Part shown: one piece after another, positions 7,811-16,953 of the stretch
Numbering within the stretch: position 1 is the stretch's first letter
Layout: each line of letters opens with the position of its first letter
Assembly (NCBI GenBank): GCA_023251945.1
Contig: JAHEXT010000001.1
Span: 1-43,759, forward strand
DNA length: 43,759 bases
Source: Actinomycetes bacterium
GTDB lineage: Bacteria > Actinomycetota > Thermoleophilia > Gaiellales > Gaiellaceae
Direction of reading: 5' to 3'
Notes under the pieces: generated by a model
What the model was told of the DNA's origin: nothing
What the model saw: only the letters and a program-made list of their open reading frames with translations
Databases searched by the model: none
Translations under genes and position numbers: made by a program

Positions 7811-9307
7811 GTGGAGCATGCGGACGCCGCCCAGGTCGCCGCGCTCATAGGAGCGCTCGGAGCGGTGCTCGTACTCCTTCCGCGCGGTCGCGCCCTGCCG
7901 CTGGCCGGCCTTGCGCTGCTCGGGCTCGCAACCGCGGGCCTCGGCCGCTCGCTGGTGGGAGACGGCGACGTCGATCTCCTCTTGACGGAGCCGACCGGAC
8001 TCGCGCTCGTCGGAGTCGGAACGGCCGCGGCCGTGCTCGGCGCCGTTCCCCTCGTCCGGTACCCGGCGGTCGTCCCGGTCGTGCTCCTCGCGGCGGCGCC
8101 GTTCCGGATCCCTGTCGAGCTGGGAGACCAGCAGGCCTTCTTGCTCGTCCCTCTCTACCTCGTCCTCACCGCATCGGTCCTCGCGCTCGGTTACCGGATC
8201 ATGCGTGGAGAGCATCCGGCCGCTCCGCCCTTCCTGCTCGCGCTCCCGCTCGCCGCCCTCGTCGCGTTCGCAGCGACCTCGTTCCTCTGGACGTGGGACG
8301 AGCGGCAAGGGGCGATCGTGCTTGCATTCTTCGTGTTCCCGTTCGTCTCAGGTTTCGGCGTGGTCGCGCGCGCCCCCGTCGCCGCGTGGCTCCCACGCGC
8401 TCTCCTCCTGACGCTCGTGGCGCTCGGCTCCCTCTTCGCTGCGATCGGGCTCTGGCAGGCCGAGACGCGGACGATCTTCTTCGCGCAGGACATCGAGGTC
8501 GCGAATGCGTACACGACGTTCTTCCGCGTGACTTCCCTGTTCAAGGATCCAAGCCTGTACGGGCGCTACCTGGTCGTTCCCATCGCGGTCCTGCTCGTCG
8601 CCCTCCTCGTCCGGCGAAGTCGGTGGGTCGAGTGGATCGCCCTCGCCGGGCTCGTCGCGCTTCTCTTCTGGGGCCTCTACTACTCGTACTCGCAGTCGAG
8701 CTTCGTCGCCCTGTTCGTGGTGACGTTCGCCGTCGCCCTCGTCGGAGCCGGGCGGCAGTTACGGATCGCGCTCCTCGTCTGCGCAGTGGTCGCCGCGCTC
8801 GCGGCGGCGGCCGTCGCGGCCGGAGCAGTCGAGGGACGATCGGCGAGAGACGTCACGAGCGGCCGCTCTCGCCTCGTCTCCGTCACTCTGGACGCCTTCG
8901 AGACGAGGCCGATTGCCGGAGTGGGAGTAGGCGGTCAGCCGCGGGCGAGCGCGGAGGCGGCGGGCAGGGGTTCCCCGAGCCGAAACGCCTCGCACACGAC
9001 CCCGCTCACCGTGCTCGCCGAACTCGGCGTCGTCGGCTTTGCGCTCTACCTCTGGACGCTCGCCGCCGCCGGATGGGCGCTTGTTCTCGTAGCGAGGCGG
9101 GAACCGCTTCTCGGCGCAGGTCTTGCGGCCGTGCTTCTCGTACTCATCGTTCACTCGCTGCTCTACGCAGGGTTCTTCGAGGATCCGCTGACTTGGGGCG
9201 TCCTCGGCGTCGCTGCGGCCGTACTCGCCTCTGCGCCGGCCCCTCGCGCTGTCGAGGTCGAAGCGGATGTGACGGCCCCGGACGCTCCGCAGCTGCTGGC
9301 ACACTGA
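7811..9307 (+). CDS. O-antigen ligase/polymerase-like (Wzy_C family) integral membrane protein
   Basis: 498 aa with at least 10 hydrophobic segments. NASHTTPLTVLAELGVVGFALYLW resembles the conserved His-containing O-antigen-ligase loop/helix. Confidence 0.8.
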   Translation: MEHADAAQVAALIGALGAVLVLLPRGRALPLAGLALLGLATAGLGRSLVGDGDVDLLLTEPTGLALVGVGTAAAVLGAVPLVRYPAVVPVVLLAAAPFRIPVELGDQQAFLLVPLYLVLTASVLALGYRIMRGEHPAAPPFLLALPLAALVAFAATSFLWTWDERQGAIVLAFFVFPFVSGFGVVARAPVAAWLPRALLLTLVALGSLFAAIGLWQAETRTIFFAQDIEVANAYTTFFRVTSLFKDPSLYGRYLVVPIAVLLVALLVRRSRWVEWIALAGLVALLFWGLYYSYSQSSFVALFVVTFAVALVGAGRQLRIALLVCAVVAALAAAAVAAGAVEGRSARDVTSGRSRLVSVTLDAFETRPIAGVGVGGQPRASAEAAGRGSPSRNASHTTPLTVLAELGVVGFALYLWTLAAAGWALVLVARREPLLGAGLAAVLLVLIVHSLLYAGFFEDPLTWGVLGVAAAVLASAPAPRAVEVEADVTAPDAPQLLAH

Positions 9308-9331
9308 CGACGGGCCGGGGCGACCGGCCTC

Positions 9332-10591
9332 GTGCTTATGCCCAGAGCCCTCAAGTGGATCCTCCCAGCGGTCGGCGTCCTCGTGATCGTGCTCGCCGGC
9401 CTCTCGGGTGCGCTCTGGCTCACGACCCGCGACCGTCCCCAGGGCGCCTTGGATACGGAGCTCGAGGGAGTGACCGTCTCGGAGGCGACGACCCCGGTGC
9501 CGACAGGTCGGCGTCCCGTGACGGGGGACAAGCGCTGCTGGCGGTTCTTCGGAGGCGACCCCCAGCGCTCGCTCGCACGTCCGTTCGCACGGTTGGGTCT
9601 ACCTGCTCGCACGTATGTGTGGACGCGAGGATTCGACGGCTACATCGAGTATCCCCCGAGCTACTGCGAGGGACGGCTCTACGTGAATACCTTCGCAGGA
9701 GACACCTTCGCGATCGACGCCGAGACCGGGAACGTGCTCTGGCGGCGTCGCGGAGCCCAGAAGCCCTCGACTCCTGCGATCGACGGCCCACGGCTGATCG
9801 TGAGCGCGAAAGACGGCACGGTCACCGCCCTCGACCGACGAACCGGCCGTTCACTGTGGCGCGTCCAGACGGCTGGGAAGGTCGAGTCGTCGCCGGTGGT
9901 CGTCGACGGCCTCGTCTACTTCGGCTCGACCGACGGGCGACTCTTCGCGGTGGACTCCGAGTCGGGGAGAGTGCGCTGGGCATACGACACCGGAGGACGG
10001 ATCAATGCGAGCCCGTCGTTGTTCGGGCAGCGCGTCTGTATCTCGACGTACGCGGGTTCCGTCGTCTGTCTGCGGAAGGACACCGGCGAGAAGCTCTGGG
10101 TTACGTACGTCAAGCGCGACGCCTTCCGCTACGAGAGCTTCTACGCCAGCCCGTCGACAGACGGCGAGCGGCTCTACGCAGTCTCACGCTCCGGCACGGT
10201 TGTGGCGCTCGCTGCGCAAACCGGTGAGATCGTGTGGAAGGGACATGTCGGTGGCTACGGATACACAACACCGGCGGTGGCCGAGGGCAAGGTCTTCGTC
10301 GGCGGGTTCGACGGGAAGCTGCGGGCGCTCAGGGCGGCGACGGGTGACGAGATCTGGCAGACGGAGGTTCCGGGACGGATCCTCGGCGCTCCCGTCGTCA
10401 TCGGGGACTTCGTCTTCTTCTCGACGCTGGAGAGGAAGACCTACGCTGCGCGTGTCTCCGACGGGAGGATCGTCTGGCACCTCCCCATGGGCCGGTACTC
10501 GCCGGGGATCGCCACGGAGCGGACGTACTTCTTCTCCCTCAACGGGCGGCTCATCGCGTTTCGCGGCCGTGACACCCTGCGCGCCTCGTAG
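9332..10591 (+). CDS. Membrane-anchored PQQ-like (BamB-like) beta-propeller repeat protein
   Basis: N-terminal TM segment (ILPAVGVLVIVLAGLSGALWL). Repeated blades: GTVTALDRRTGRSLW, GRLFAVDSESGRVRW, GSVVCLRKDTGEKLW, GTVVALAAQTGEIVW, GKLRALRAATGDEIW. Confidence 0.8.
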   Translation: MLMPRALKWILPAVGVLVIVLAGLSGALWLTTRDRPQGALDTELEGVTVSEATTPVPTGRRPVTGDKRCWRFFGGDPQRSLARPFARLGLPARTYVWTRGFDGYIEYPPSYCEGRLYVNTFAGDTFAIDAETGNVLWRRRGAQKPSTPAIDGPRLIVSAKDGTVTALDRRTGRSLWRVQTAGKVESSPVVVDGLVYFGSTDGRLFAVDSESGRVRWAYDTGGRINASPSLFGQRVCISTYAGSVVCLRKDTGEKLWVTYVKRDAFRYESFYASPSTDGERLYAVSRSGTVVALAAQTGEIVWKGHVGGYGYTTPAVAEGKVFVGGFDGKLRALRAATGDEIWQTEVPGRILGAPVVIGDFVFFSTLERKTYAARVSDGRIVWHLPMGRYSPGIATERTYFFSLNGRLIAFRGRDTLRAS

Positions 10592-10596
10592 CACCG

Positions 10597-11553
10597 TCAG
10601 ATCAGCCGCGGATGCCGTCGGCGCCAGAGTGGCGAGCGCTGGAGCGCGTACGCCGTGGCGTTGTACGCGCCGATGCGGGCGCGGTACCAGGCAAGCACTA
10701 TCCCGGCGTGGGCCCTGGGCCGTGCCGAGCCGCGGTCGAGGAGCTCGTAGCCGAGCTCGGCGAGAAGGTCGCCCGCGATCGACTCGAACGCGCTCGCGTC
10801 CTCGGGGCTCATCTGAGTACGCCAGTCGCGGACGCCCTTCGTGGGCGCCTGCAGGAGCCTCTGATGGTGGGGCTTCGCGGACACGTCGATCGAACCCGAG
10901 TACTCGAGCATCGCGGGCTCGAAACGAAGGCTCGCGAACTCGCAGATCGAGCGCACGACTCGCTCCGGCTCGGCGACGAGGTTCTCGTACCGCACCTCGA
11001 AGTAGCGCGACGTGCCGACCCGCCGCCCGAGATCGCGTGCGTCCCCGACCTCGACGCGCCACTCGCATGCGAACCCCGCCGCATCTCCGGGATGCGCCCA
11101 CGTCTTCGTGACGACATGTTCGGGCATGTCGAGGAAGGCCAGCGCCGCGTCGCGTCCGTCCCGGATCAGATGGACGTACTGGGCGTCGTGGAAGAGACGG
11201 TCGAGCAGCCCGAGGTGCCGCATGTACATCGGCGTCTTGTCACCCCAGCGCGGCTTGCCCCGGCTCGAGGCATAGGCATCGAAAACGGCTGAGATCGCTT
11301 CGCCGATCTCCATGTCCGGACGCAGACGGGAGGCGAAGGCATCCGCAGAGAGTCCCCACGCAGCGAGTCTCGGAAAGCGTCGGAGGTCATCGAGGAAGGA
11401 GTCCGAATCGACCATTCCACGATGCCTACGTGCGAGCTGGGGGACGAAGAACGTCTCGTCGGGAATCGCGATCCCGGGCGAGCGGTCGAGGATGACGCGG
11501 AGCAGCGTCGTCCCCGAGCGGCTCACCCCGAGCACGATCAGCGGCGCGCTCAC
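10597..11553 (-). CDS. PAPS-dependent sulfotransferase family protein
   Basis: 5'-PSB loop VLGVSRSGTTLL and 3'-PB-like LIRDGRDAALAF. GTG start in a GTGA overlap with the upstream gene. Confidence 0.85.
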   Translation of the reverse strand: MSAPLIVLGVSRSGTTLLRVILDRSPGIAIPDETFFVPQLARRHRGMVDSDSFLDDLRRFPRLAAWGLSADAFASRLRPDMEIGEAISAVFDAYASSRGKPRWGDKTPMYMRHLGLLDRLFHDAQYVHLIRDGRDAALAFLDMPEHVVTKTWAHPGDAAGFACEWRVEVGDARDLGRRVGTSRYFEVRYENLVAEPERVVRSICEFASLRFEPAMLEYSGSIDVSAKPHHQRLLQAPTKGVRDWRTQMSPEDASAFESIAGDLLAELGYELLDRGSARPRAHAGIVLAWYRARIGAYNATAYALQRSPLWRRRHPRLI

Positions 11554-12488
11554 GGAGCCTCGGACACGGAGACGGCGACCTCGGCCTTGTCCGCGCGCCC
11601 CCCGACCGAGACGTACAGCGTGTACGTGCCCGGCGTCTCAGGCGCGCGCAAAACGAGGACCTGCCTTCTCCCGGCTCCCCTCTCACCCGCGAAGAGCCAC
11701 CGGTACAGACGGGCGTCGGTGAAGACTCGCACCGAGAAGCGCTTCCCTGCGACGACCTCGATCCGATCGCGCGCCAGCTCCACGTACCGCACGCGCACGG
11801 GGACCTCCCGGGTCGAGCTCGACCTGTTCCCCGCCCGGTCGACCGCGCGCAGGCGAATCCCATACGTTCCCGGCCGCACGGATCGCTCCCCCACACGCCC
11901 GAACCACACGAGCCTGCCCTCGCGCGGGCGGAACCGGCTCAGGACCCTCCGCTTCCCGTCGACGAGCATCATCGCGCGGGCGAGCCCGTCGAGCTCGTAC
12001 CACGCGGTGACGCGATCCCGGCGACCGTCTCCGTCCGGCGAGAAGACGCGCGGGAAGAGGCGGACGAGCCTGATCCGCGGCCCGGTCGTATCGACCCGAA
12101 TCGGGTTCGGAAGGACGATCGTTCGGCCGTGCTCCTCGAGCTGGACGCGCGGGCGATACCGCCCCTCCGGAACGACGCGGCCGGCGTTGTCACGCCCGTC
12201 CCAGGTGTACGACACGCGCCCCGCCTCCTCGGCCAGGCCGCGGACGAGCGTCCGCACCGAGCGGCCGGCCGAGTCGAGGAGGTCGACCGTAAGCCTCCCC
12301 GGCTTGCGGAGCCGGAACGAGATCACCGCGACGTCGCGGGCGCACTCGCAAACCGGCGAGAACACCTTGTCCACCCGCGTTCCCGTGATCGGGCTGCGCT
12401 CGAGCTTGAGCCGCTCCGTGACCGCGAACGCCGCCGCGGTCGCACCGAGTAGTGCGACCACTAGCAGGACGTGTGGAAGCCGCGCCAA
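11550..12488 (-). CDS. Secreted or anchored protein with FlgD-Ig-like domains (hypothetical)
   Basis: Signal/anchor VLLVVALLGATAAAFAV. Motif YTWDGRDNAGRVVPEGRYRPRV is typical of FlgD-Ig-like modules. Confidence 0.6.
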   Translation of the reverse strand: MARLPHVLLVVALLGATAAAFAVTERLKLERSPITGTRVDKVFSPVCECARDVAVISFRLRKPGRLTVDLLDSAGRSVRTLVRGLAEEAGRVSYTWDGRDNAGRVVPEGRYRPRVQLEEHGRTIVLPNPIRVDTTGPRIRLVRLFPRVFSPDGDGRRDRVTAWYELDGLARAMMLVDGKRRVLSRFRPREGRLVWFGRVGERSVRPGTYGIRLRAVDRAGNRSSSTREVPVRVRYVELARDRIEVVAGKRFSVRVFTDARLYRWLFAGERGAGRRQVLVLRAPETPGTYTLYVSVGGRADKAEVAVSVSEAP

Positions 12489-12495
12489 ACGCGGC

Positions 12496-13167
12496 TCAGA
12501 TCGGGTCGAGCCCGCGCACGAGGACGAAGGGCTCCGCGTACTCGCACCCGCAGCTCGCCCCGTAGTACTCGGCCGCCGCCCGGATCGCCCGCTCGCTGCG
12601 CGGGTGTGGATACTCGCGGCGCTCGGTCTCGTAGCGCGCGAAGGCGGCGAGCTTCCTCTCGAGCGTCCCCGTGATGTCGACGAACCAGTTCGGGACGAAC
12701 CAGTTCACCGGCGCGGGCGTCCACTCCGTGCTCGAGGTCGGCGCGTACGTGAGGAGTCTGCGCACCCGCTGGCCGGGCGTGGGGCGCGTGGCCACCGCGA
12801 CCGAGTCGAAGAGCACCCGGTGGTCGCGGTTCACGTCCGGCTGGGCGGTGTAGACGACCTGCGGCGCGAGGTCCCGTACGTGTTCCTCGACGACCGTGTT
12901 CACGTCGACGTGCGCGAGCGTGTCCAGCCGCATGTCGGGGAGGTCGAGGTGGACATAGTCCGTCACGCCGAGCTCGGCTGCGGCACGCCGCGCTTCGTCC
13001 TCCTTTCGTGCCCGCGTCACGGTGTCGTCCGGGTACTGCGTCGAGCTCCCGTCCGTCACCACCACCACGCGAACGACGTCGCCACGGTCGGTGTGCGCGG
13101 CGATCGTGCCTCCCATGCCGAGCACCTCGTCGTCCGGGTGCGCGGCGATGACGAGCACGCGGGTCAT
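12496..13167 (-). CDS. PIG-L/LmbE-family deacetylase (second copy)
   Basis: Start refined to MTRVLVIAAHPDDEVLGMGGT (ATGA overlap with the upstream stop at 13164). PDVNRDHRV motif. The upstream 254 aa of the track ORF are an Arg-rich shadow. Confidence 0.85.
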   Translation of the reverse strand: MTRVLVIAAHPDDEVLGMGGTIAAHTDRGDVVRVVVVTDGSSTQYPDDTVTRARKEDEARRAAAELGVTDYVHLDLPDMRLDTLAHVDVNTVVEEHVRDLAPQVVYTAQPDVNRDHRVLFDSVAVATRPTPGQRVRRLLTYAPTSSTEWTPAPVNWFVPNWFVDITGTLERKLAAFARYETERREYPHPRSERAIRAAAEYYGASCGCEYAEPFVLVRGLDPI

Positions 13168-14846
13168 CCGAAACGCGCCCCCACGACGAGCGCGCCCGCA
13201 CCCGTATCGACCTCCTCGAGCAAGAGCCCACCCTCGCCGCAGGCCACGACCGGCCCCTCGGGCCGCTCGGCGACGATGGTCCCTGGGGGCGCGGCCGCGT
13301 CGAGCGCGACCGGCCGGGCACGCCAGATGACGACTTTCTCGTCTCCGAGGAACGTGAATGCGCCCGGGTACGGCCGCGTCTGCGCCCGCACCCAGTCGTG
13401 GAGGTACAGGGCGCGTGTCTCCCAGTCGATGATCCCGTCGGCGGGGGTCCGCCTCGGCCAGGAGCTGGCCCGGCGGGAATCCTGCGGGACGCGTGGTGCG
13501 CTCGTCGCGATGAGCTGAGGGACGACCTCTCGGATCAGCATGACGTGGGCCTCCGCGATGCGGTCGAAGAGGGTCGTCGCCGTGTCCTCGGGCGAGATGT
13601 CGATGATCGTTTGACCAACGATCGCCCCCGAGTCCGCGGTCGCGTCGACGATCTCGAAGAGCGTCACGCCCGTCCGCGCGAGCCCCGACAGGATCGCCCA
13701 CGGAATCGGAGCGCGTCCGCGGTGCCGAGGGAGGAGCGTAGGATGCATCCCGAAGACGCCCTCTTTCGCAAGCGCGATGAACGGATCGCGGACGAGCTGC
13801 GACCAGCCCACGACGAAGATCAGCTCCGGCTCGAGCACACGTATCGCCTCGAGCGTCGCGTCTGCGTTGACGTCCGTCGTCGTGACGAGCCGCGCGCCGT
13901 GCCGTTTCGCAACCGCGTCGAACGAGCACTGCCCCGAGCGGTTCGGGTCAATCGGCCCCGAGAGCGTGACGACACCCACGACGTCCGCGCCCACGTCCGC
14001 CGCCGCCTCCAGGCAGTCGCGGCCCACCGTGTCGAAGCTGACCCAGACCGTGCGCATCGCCGACGGGCGATGGTATCCGCTTAGCCGCGTGCGCCAACGC
14101 GCGGAGTTCGCGCGCAGGAAAGGCACGACGACGGCCAAGACGAGCTCGCTGTGGACGAACGCGCCAAGGTGTCCGAGGCCCGGGAGGACGACAGCCCGAC
14201 CGTCCGGAATCGCCGTAGCCGCTGCGGCGCAATGCTCAGCCTCGAGCTCCCCCGCGACGATCAGCGTCGGGGCCTCGATGCGCGGAAAGTGCGGCCATGG
14301 GCTCCAGCCAGCGAAGCATTCGAGCTCGCGCGCCACAACCTCTCGGTCCGTCTCGTCCGCGAGCTGCCGGATCAGCCACTCGGGTGCCGCTTCGCTGCCC
14401 AGGATCGCGCGAATCCCGCGCTCGCGCACGGCTCGTGCGGCCCTGCGCAACTCCTCCGGCTCTTCGTCGGGTGGGTCGACGCCCCCGGAGGCCACAAGCG
14501 CAGCAATGCGTTCTGGGTGTGCGGCGGCCATGGCGTATCCGACGTACGCACCATCGGAGTACCCCCAGAACGCGAAGCGCTCGATCCCGAGCTCGTCGAC
14601 GATCGCAGCAACATCGCCGGCGTAGTCGGCGACCGTGTAGCTGCTCCGGTCGGCAGGCGCGTCGCTCTGCCCATGACCGCGGTGGTCGAGGAGGACGACG
14701 ACGTGGAACTCGCTCAGCCCATCGACGTACCCCGCTTCGCGCCACATGCGCGAGTCGCCCGCGGCGCCCGTGTGCAACAGCAGCGGGAACCCGTCGCCCA
14801 CGACGTCGTAGGCAAGTCGCAAGCCTTGACGCTCGACGAACCTCAT
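13164..14846 (-). CDS. Fusion protein: N-terminal alpha/beta-hydrolase domain plus C-terminal formyltransferase-fold domain (Fmt/ArnA-N-like)
   Basis: One uninterrupted 560-aa frame. Hydrolase part: HRGHGQSD, GxSxG as WGYSDGA, GLGHLG. Transferase part: VVGWSQLV, GMHPTLLPRHRGRAPIPWA, ADSGAIVGQ, and a C-terminal Fmt-like beta-barrel segment (PYPGAFTF). Confidence 0.8.
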   Translation of the reverse strand: MRFVERQGLRLAYDVVGDGFPLLLHTGAAGDSRMWREAGYVDGLSEFHVVVLLDHRGHGQSDAPADRSSYTVADYAGDVAAIVDELGIERFAFWGYSDGAYVGYAMAAAHPERIAALVASGGVDPPDEEPEELRRAARAVRERGIRAILGSEAAPEWLIRQLADETDREVVARELECFAGWSPWPHFPRIEAPTLIVAGELEAEHCAAAATAIPDGRAVVLPGLGHLGAFVHSELVLAVVVPFLRANSARWRTRLSGYHRPSAMRTVWVSFDTVGRDCLEAAADVGADVVGVVTLSGPIDPNRSGQCSFDAVAKRHGARLVTTTDVNADATLEAIRVLEPELIFVVGWSQLVRDPFIALAKEGVFGMHPTLLPRHRGRAPIPWAILSGLARTGVTLFEIVDATADSGAIVGQTIIDISPEDTATTLFDRIAEAHVMLIREVVPQLIATSAPRVPQDSRRASSWPRRTPADGIIDWETRALYLHDWVRAQTRPYPGAFTFLGDEKVVIWRARPVALDAAAPPGTIVAERPEGPVVACGEGGLLLEEVDTGAGALVVGARFG

Positions 14847-14855
14847 CGAGCGCCT

Positions 14856-15758
14856 CTAGTCGACCGCGGAGGGAAGCCTGCCGTTCCGAGAGCGCTGGAA
14901 GCGAATCCAGCTGTGCCGGCCGATCCAGACGAGCAACGCGACCAGTCCGGCGGCGAGCGCGGCGACGACGATCGTTCCCGCACCTGGCACGTCGAGGAGC
15001 TTGATCCCTGCGAGGCCGAGCACGCCCGCAAGCAGGAGACGAAGTGCCTGCTCGGGAATCGAGAGCGTGAGACGACCGCCGATCAGGACGCCAGGGATGG
15101 AGCCGAGGAGGAGCCAGCCGAGGATGCCGAAGTCGACGTTCCCGGCCGCCCAGTGCGCAGCTCCCGCGACGTACAGGAGCACGGCGGCGTGGAAGATGTC
15201 GGTGCCGACGACCTTGTGGGCGCGCAGCGGAAAGACGACGAGGAGCGTCAGCCCGAAGAAGACGCCGCTCCCGACCGAAGTCAAGCCGACGATGAACCCG
15301 CCGAACACTCCGATCAGAACCGCGGCGACGCGATCTCGGTTCGTGAGCTTCCAGTCAGGATCGCCGATCGCACTCGTCCGGACGAGGCTCTTCGCCACCA
15401 ACCCGGCGGCGCCGAAGAGCAAGGCGGCGCCCAGCACCTGGCCCAGCACTGACTTGACGTCGTCGCCGTACCGCTCCGTCAGCTGCACGTTGACCCAGAC
15501 GCCGAGCAGCGACATCGGTATGGAGCCGATGAGCATCCACCCGGCGAGCCTCGCGCGCACGTTGCCCATGCGTCGGTGCTGAACCGCCCCGACCGTCTTG
15601 AAGGCTGCGCCGTGCGCGATGTCCGTGCCGATCGCCGTCGCAGGCGGAATGCCGAACAAGAAGACCAGGATCGGCGTCATCAGCGACCCGCCCCCCATGC
15701 CCGTCATTCCCACCAGGATGCCGGTCAGGAGACCTGCAAGGACGAACTCCCAGCTCAA
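14856..15758 (-). CDS. TauE/SafE (TSUP) family sulfite/organosulfonate anion exporter
   Basis: 300 aa with about 8 TM segments. GMTGMGGGSLMTPILV signature. TTG start preceded by GGAGG. Confidence 0.85.
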   Translation of the reverse strand: MSWEFVLAGLLTGILVGMTGMGGGSLMTPILVFLFGIPPATAIGTDIAHGAAFKTVGAVQHRRMGNVRARLAGWMLIGSIPMSLLGVWVNVQLTERYGDDVKSVLGQVLGAALLFGAAGLVAKSLVRTSAIGDPDWKLTNRDRVAAVLIGVFGGFIVGLTSVGSGVFFGLTLLVVFPLRAHKVVGTDIFHAAVLLYVAGAAHWAAGNVDFGILGWLLLGSIPGVLIGGRLTLSIPEQALRLLLAGVLGLAGIKLLDVPGAGTIVVAALAAGLVALLVWIGRHSWIRFQRSRNGRLPSAVD

Positions 15759-15816
15759 GCCCGCGACCTCCGGTCACGGCCTTGAGCTAGATGGCGGTGA
15801 GCTTGCCGCCGGCGAG

Positions 15817-16953
15817 TCATTTGCGATATGCGTGAATTAGAACTTGGGCTACTTCGGGACGCGTGAACTCCACCGGCGGGACGTCGCCTTCCCCGAGCAT
15901 CTCGCGCACCTTCGTTCCCGAGAGGTGGACGCGGTCCTCGGGCCCGTGGGGGCACGACTTCGTGCTCGCCATCGAACCGCACACGTTGCACCAGAACGTG
16001 TGCTCGAAGAACATCGGCTCGATGTCCAGCTCGTGCGGCTCGAACTCGTCGAAGATGAGCTGCGCGTCGTAGGTGCCGTAGTAGTCGCCGACACCTGCGT
16101 GGTCGCGGCCGACGATGAAGTGCGAGCAGCCGTAGTTCTTGCGGCAGATCGCGTGCCAGATCGCCTCGCGCGGGCCCGCGTAGCGCATCGCCGCCGGGAA
16201 CGCCGACAAGAGCACGCGGTCCTCCGGGTAGTACCCGTCGAGCAGCGTCCGGTAGCAGTCGACCCGGACGCCGACCGGCACGTCGTCCGCCTTCGTCTCG
16301 CCGACGAGCGGATGGACGAGGAGGCCGTCGACCGTCTCGAGCGCCACCTTGGTCAGGTACTCGTGCGCGCGGTGGATCGGATTCCGCGTCTGGAATCCGA
16401 CGACGCGCTTCCAGCCGCGCTCGGCGAAGATCCGGCGGGTCTCGGCCGGATCGAACGCGAGCTCGGCGAACGGCGGCTGCGGACGCTCGAAGACCGTGAA
16501 ACGGCCCGCGAGGTAGAGCTGCTTCTGGGCGTAGAGGCGGGCGACGCCGGGATGCGCGTCGTCAGTGGTCCGGAAGCAGAGCTCTGCCTCGCGCTCCTTG
16601 TCGTACTCGAACACCTCCTCGACCTCGAGTACTGCAAAGGTGCGGCCCTCCTGGTCGGTGAGCGTGACCCGCTCGCCTTTCGGCGCCTCCTCCACCGCGA
16701 GACACACGGGGAGCGCCCAGGGCAAGCCGTTCTCGAGGTGCATCTCCTCGATGACCCGCTCGTAGTCGGCGTGACTCATGAAGCCCTCGAGGGGGGAGAG
16801 CGCGCCGGAGGCGATCAGGTCGAGGTCGGAGAGCTCCCGCAAGGTCAGCGGGAAGCGCTCGAGTGCGTCGAGATCCTCGGGCCGCTCGCCCGTCCGGTCG
16901 ACGAGCGTGCCGCCGTGGGGCCGGATCAGCCGGTCGGTCGCGGCAACCGTCAC
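15817..16953 (-). CDS. sat: Sulfate adenylyltransferase (ATP sulfurylase)
   Basis: GFQTRNPIHRAHE and VGRDHAGVG motifs. GTG start refined to 16953 (GTGA overlap with the cysC stop). Confidence 0.9.
   Translation of the reverse strand: MTVAATDRLIRPHGGTLVDRTGERPEDLDALERFPLTLRELSDLDLIASGALSPLEGFMSHADYERVIEEMHLENGLPWALPVCLAVEEAPKGERVTLTDQEGRTFAVLEVEEVFEYDKEREAELCFRTTDDAHPGVARLYAQKQLYLAGRFTVFERPQPPFAELAFDPAETRRIFAERGWKRVVGFQTRNPIHRAHEYLTKVALETVDGLLVHPLVGETKADDVPVGVRVDCYRTLLDGYYPEDRVLLSAFPAAMRYAGPREAIWHAICRKNYGCSHFIVGRDHAGVGDYYGTYDAQLIFDEFEPHELDIEPMFFEHTFWCNVCGSMASTKSCPHGPEDRVHLSGTKVREMLGEGDVPPVEFTRPEVAQVLIHAYRK

Noticed and set aside
8293-10227. 644-aa plus-strand ORF spanning the ligase-like and beta-propeller genes
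   Set aside because: It is out of frame with both and has extremely Arg-rich composition. The alternative frames give a multi-TM protein and a repeat propeller respectively.
11422-13929. 698-aa plus ORF (11422-13518) and the 477-aa version of the PIG-L ORF (12496-13929)
   Set aside because: The plus ORF is antisense to three real genes. The PIG-L extension overlaps the formyltransferase domain in another frame and is Arg/Gly-rich. The conserved PIG-L N-terminus starts at 13167.
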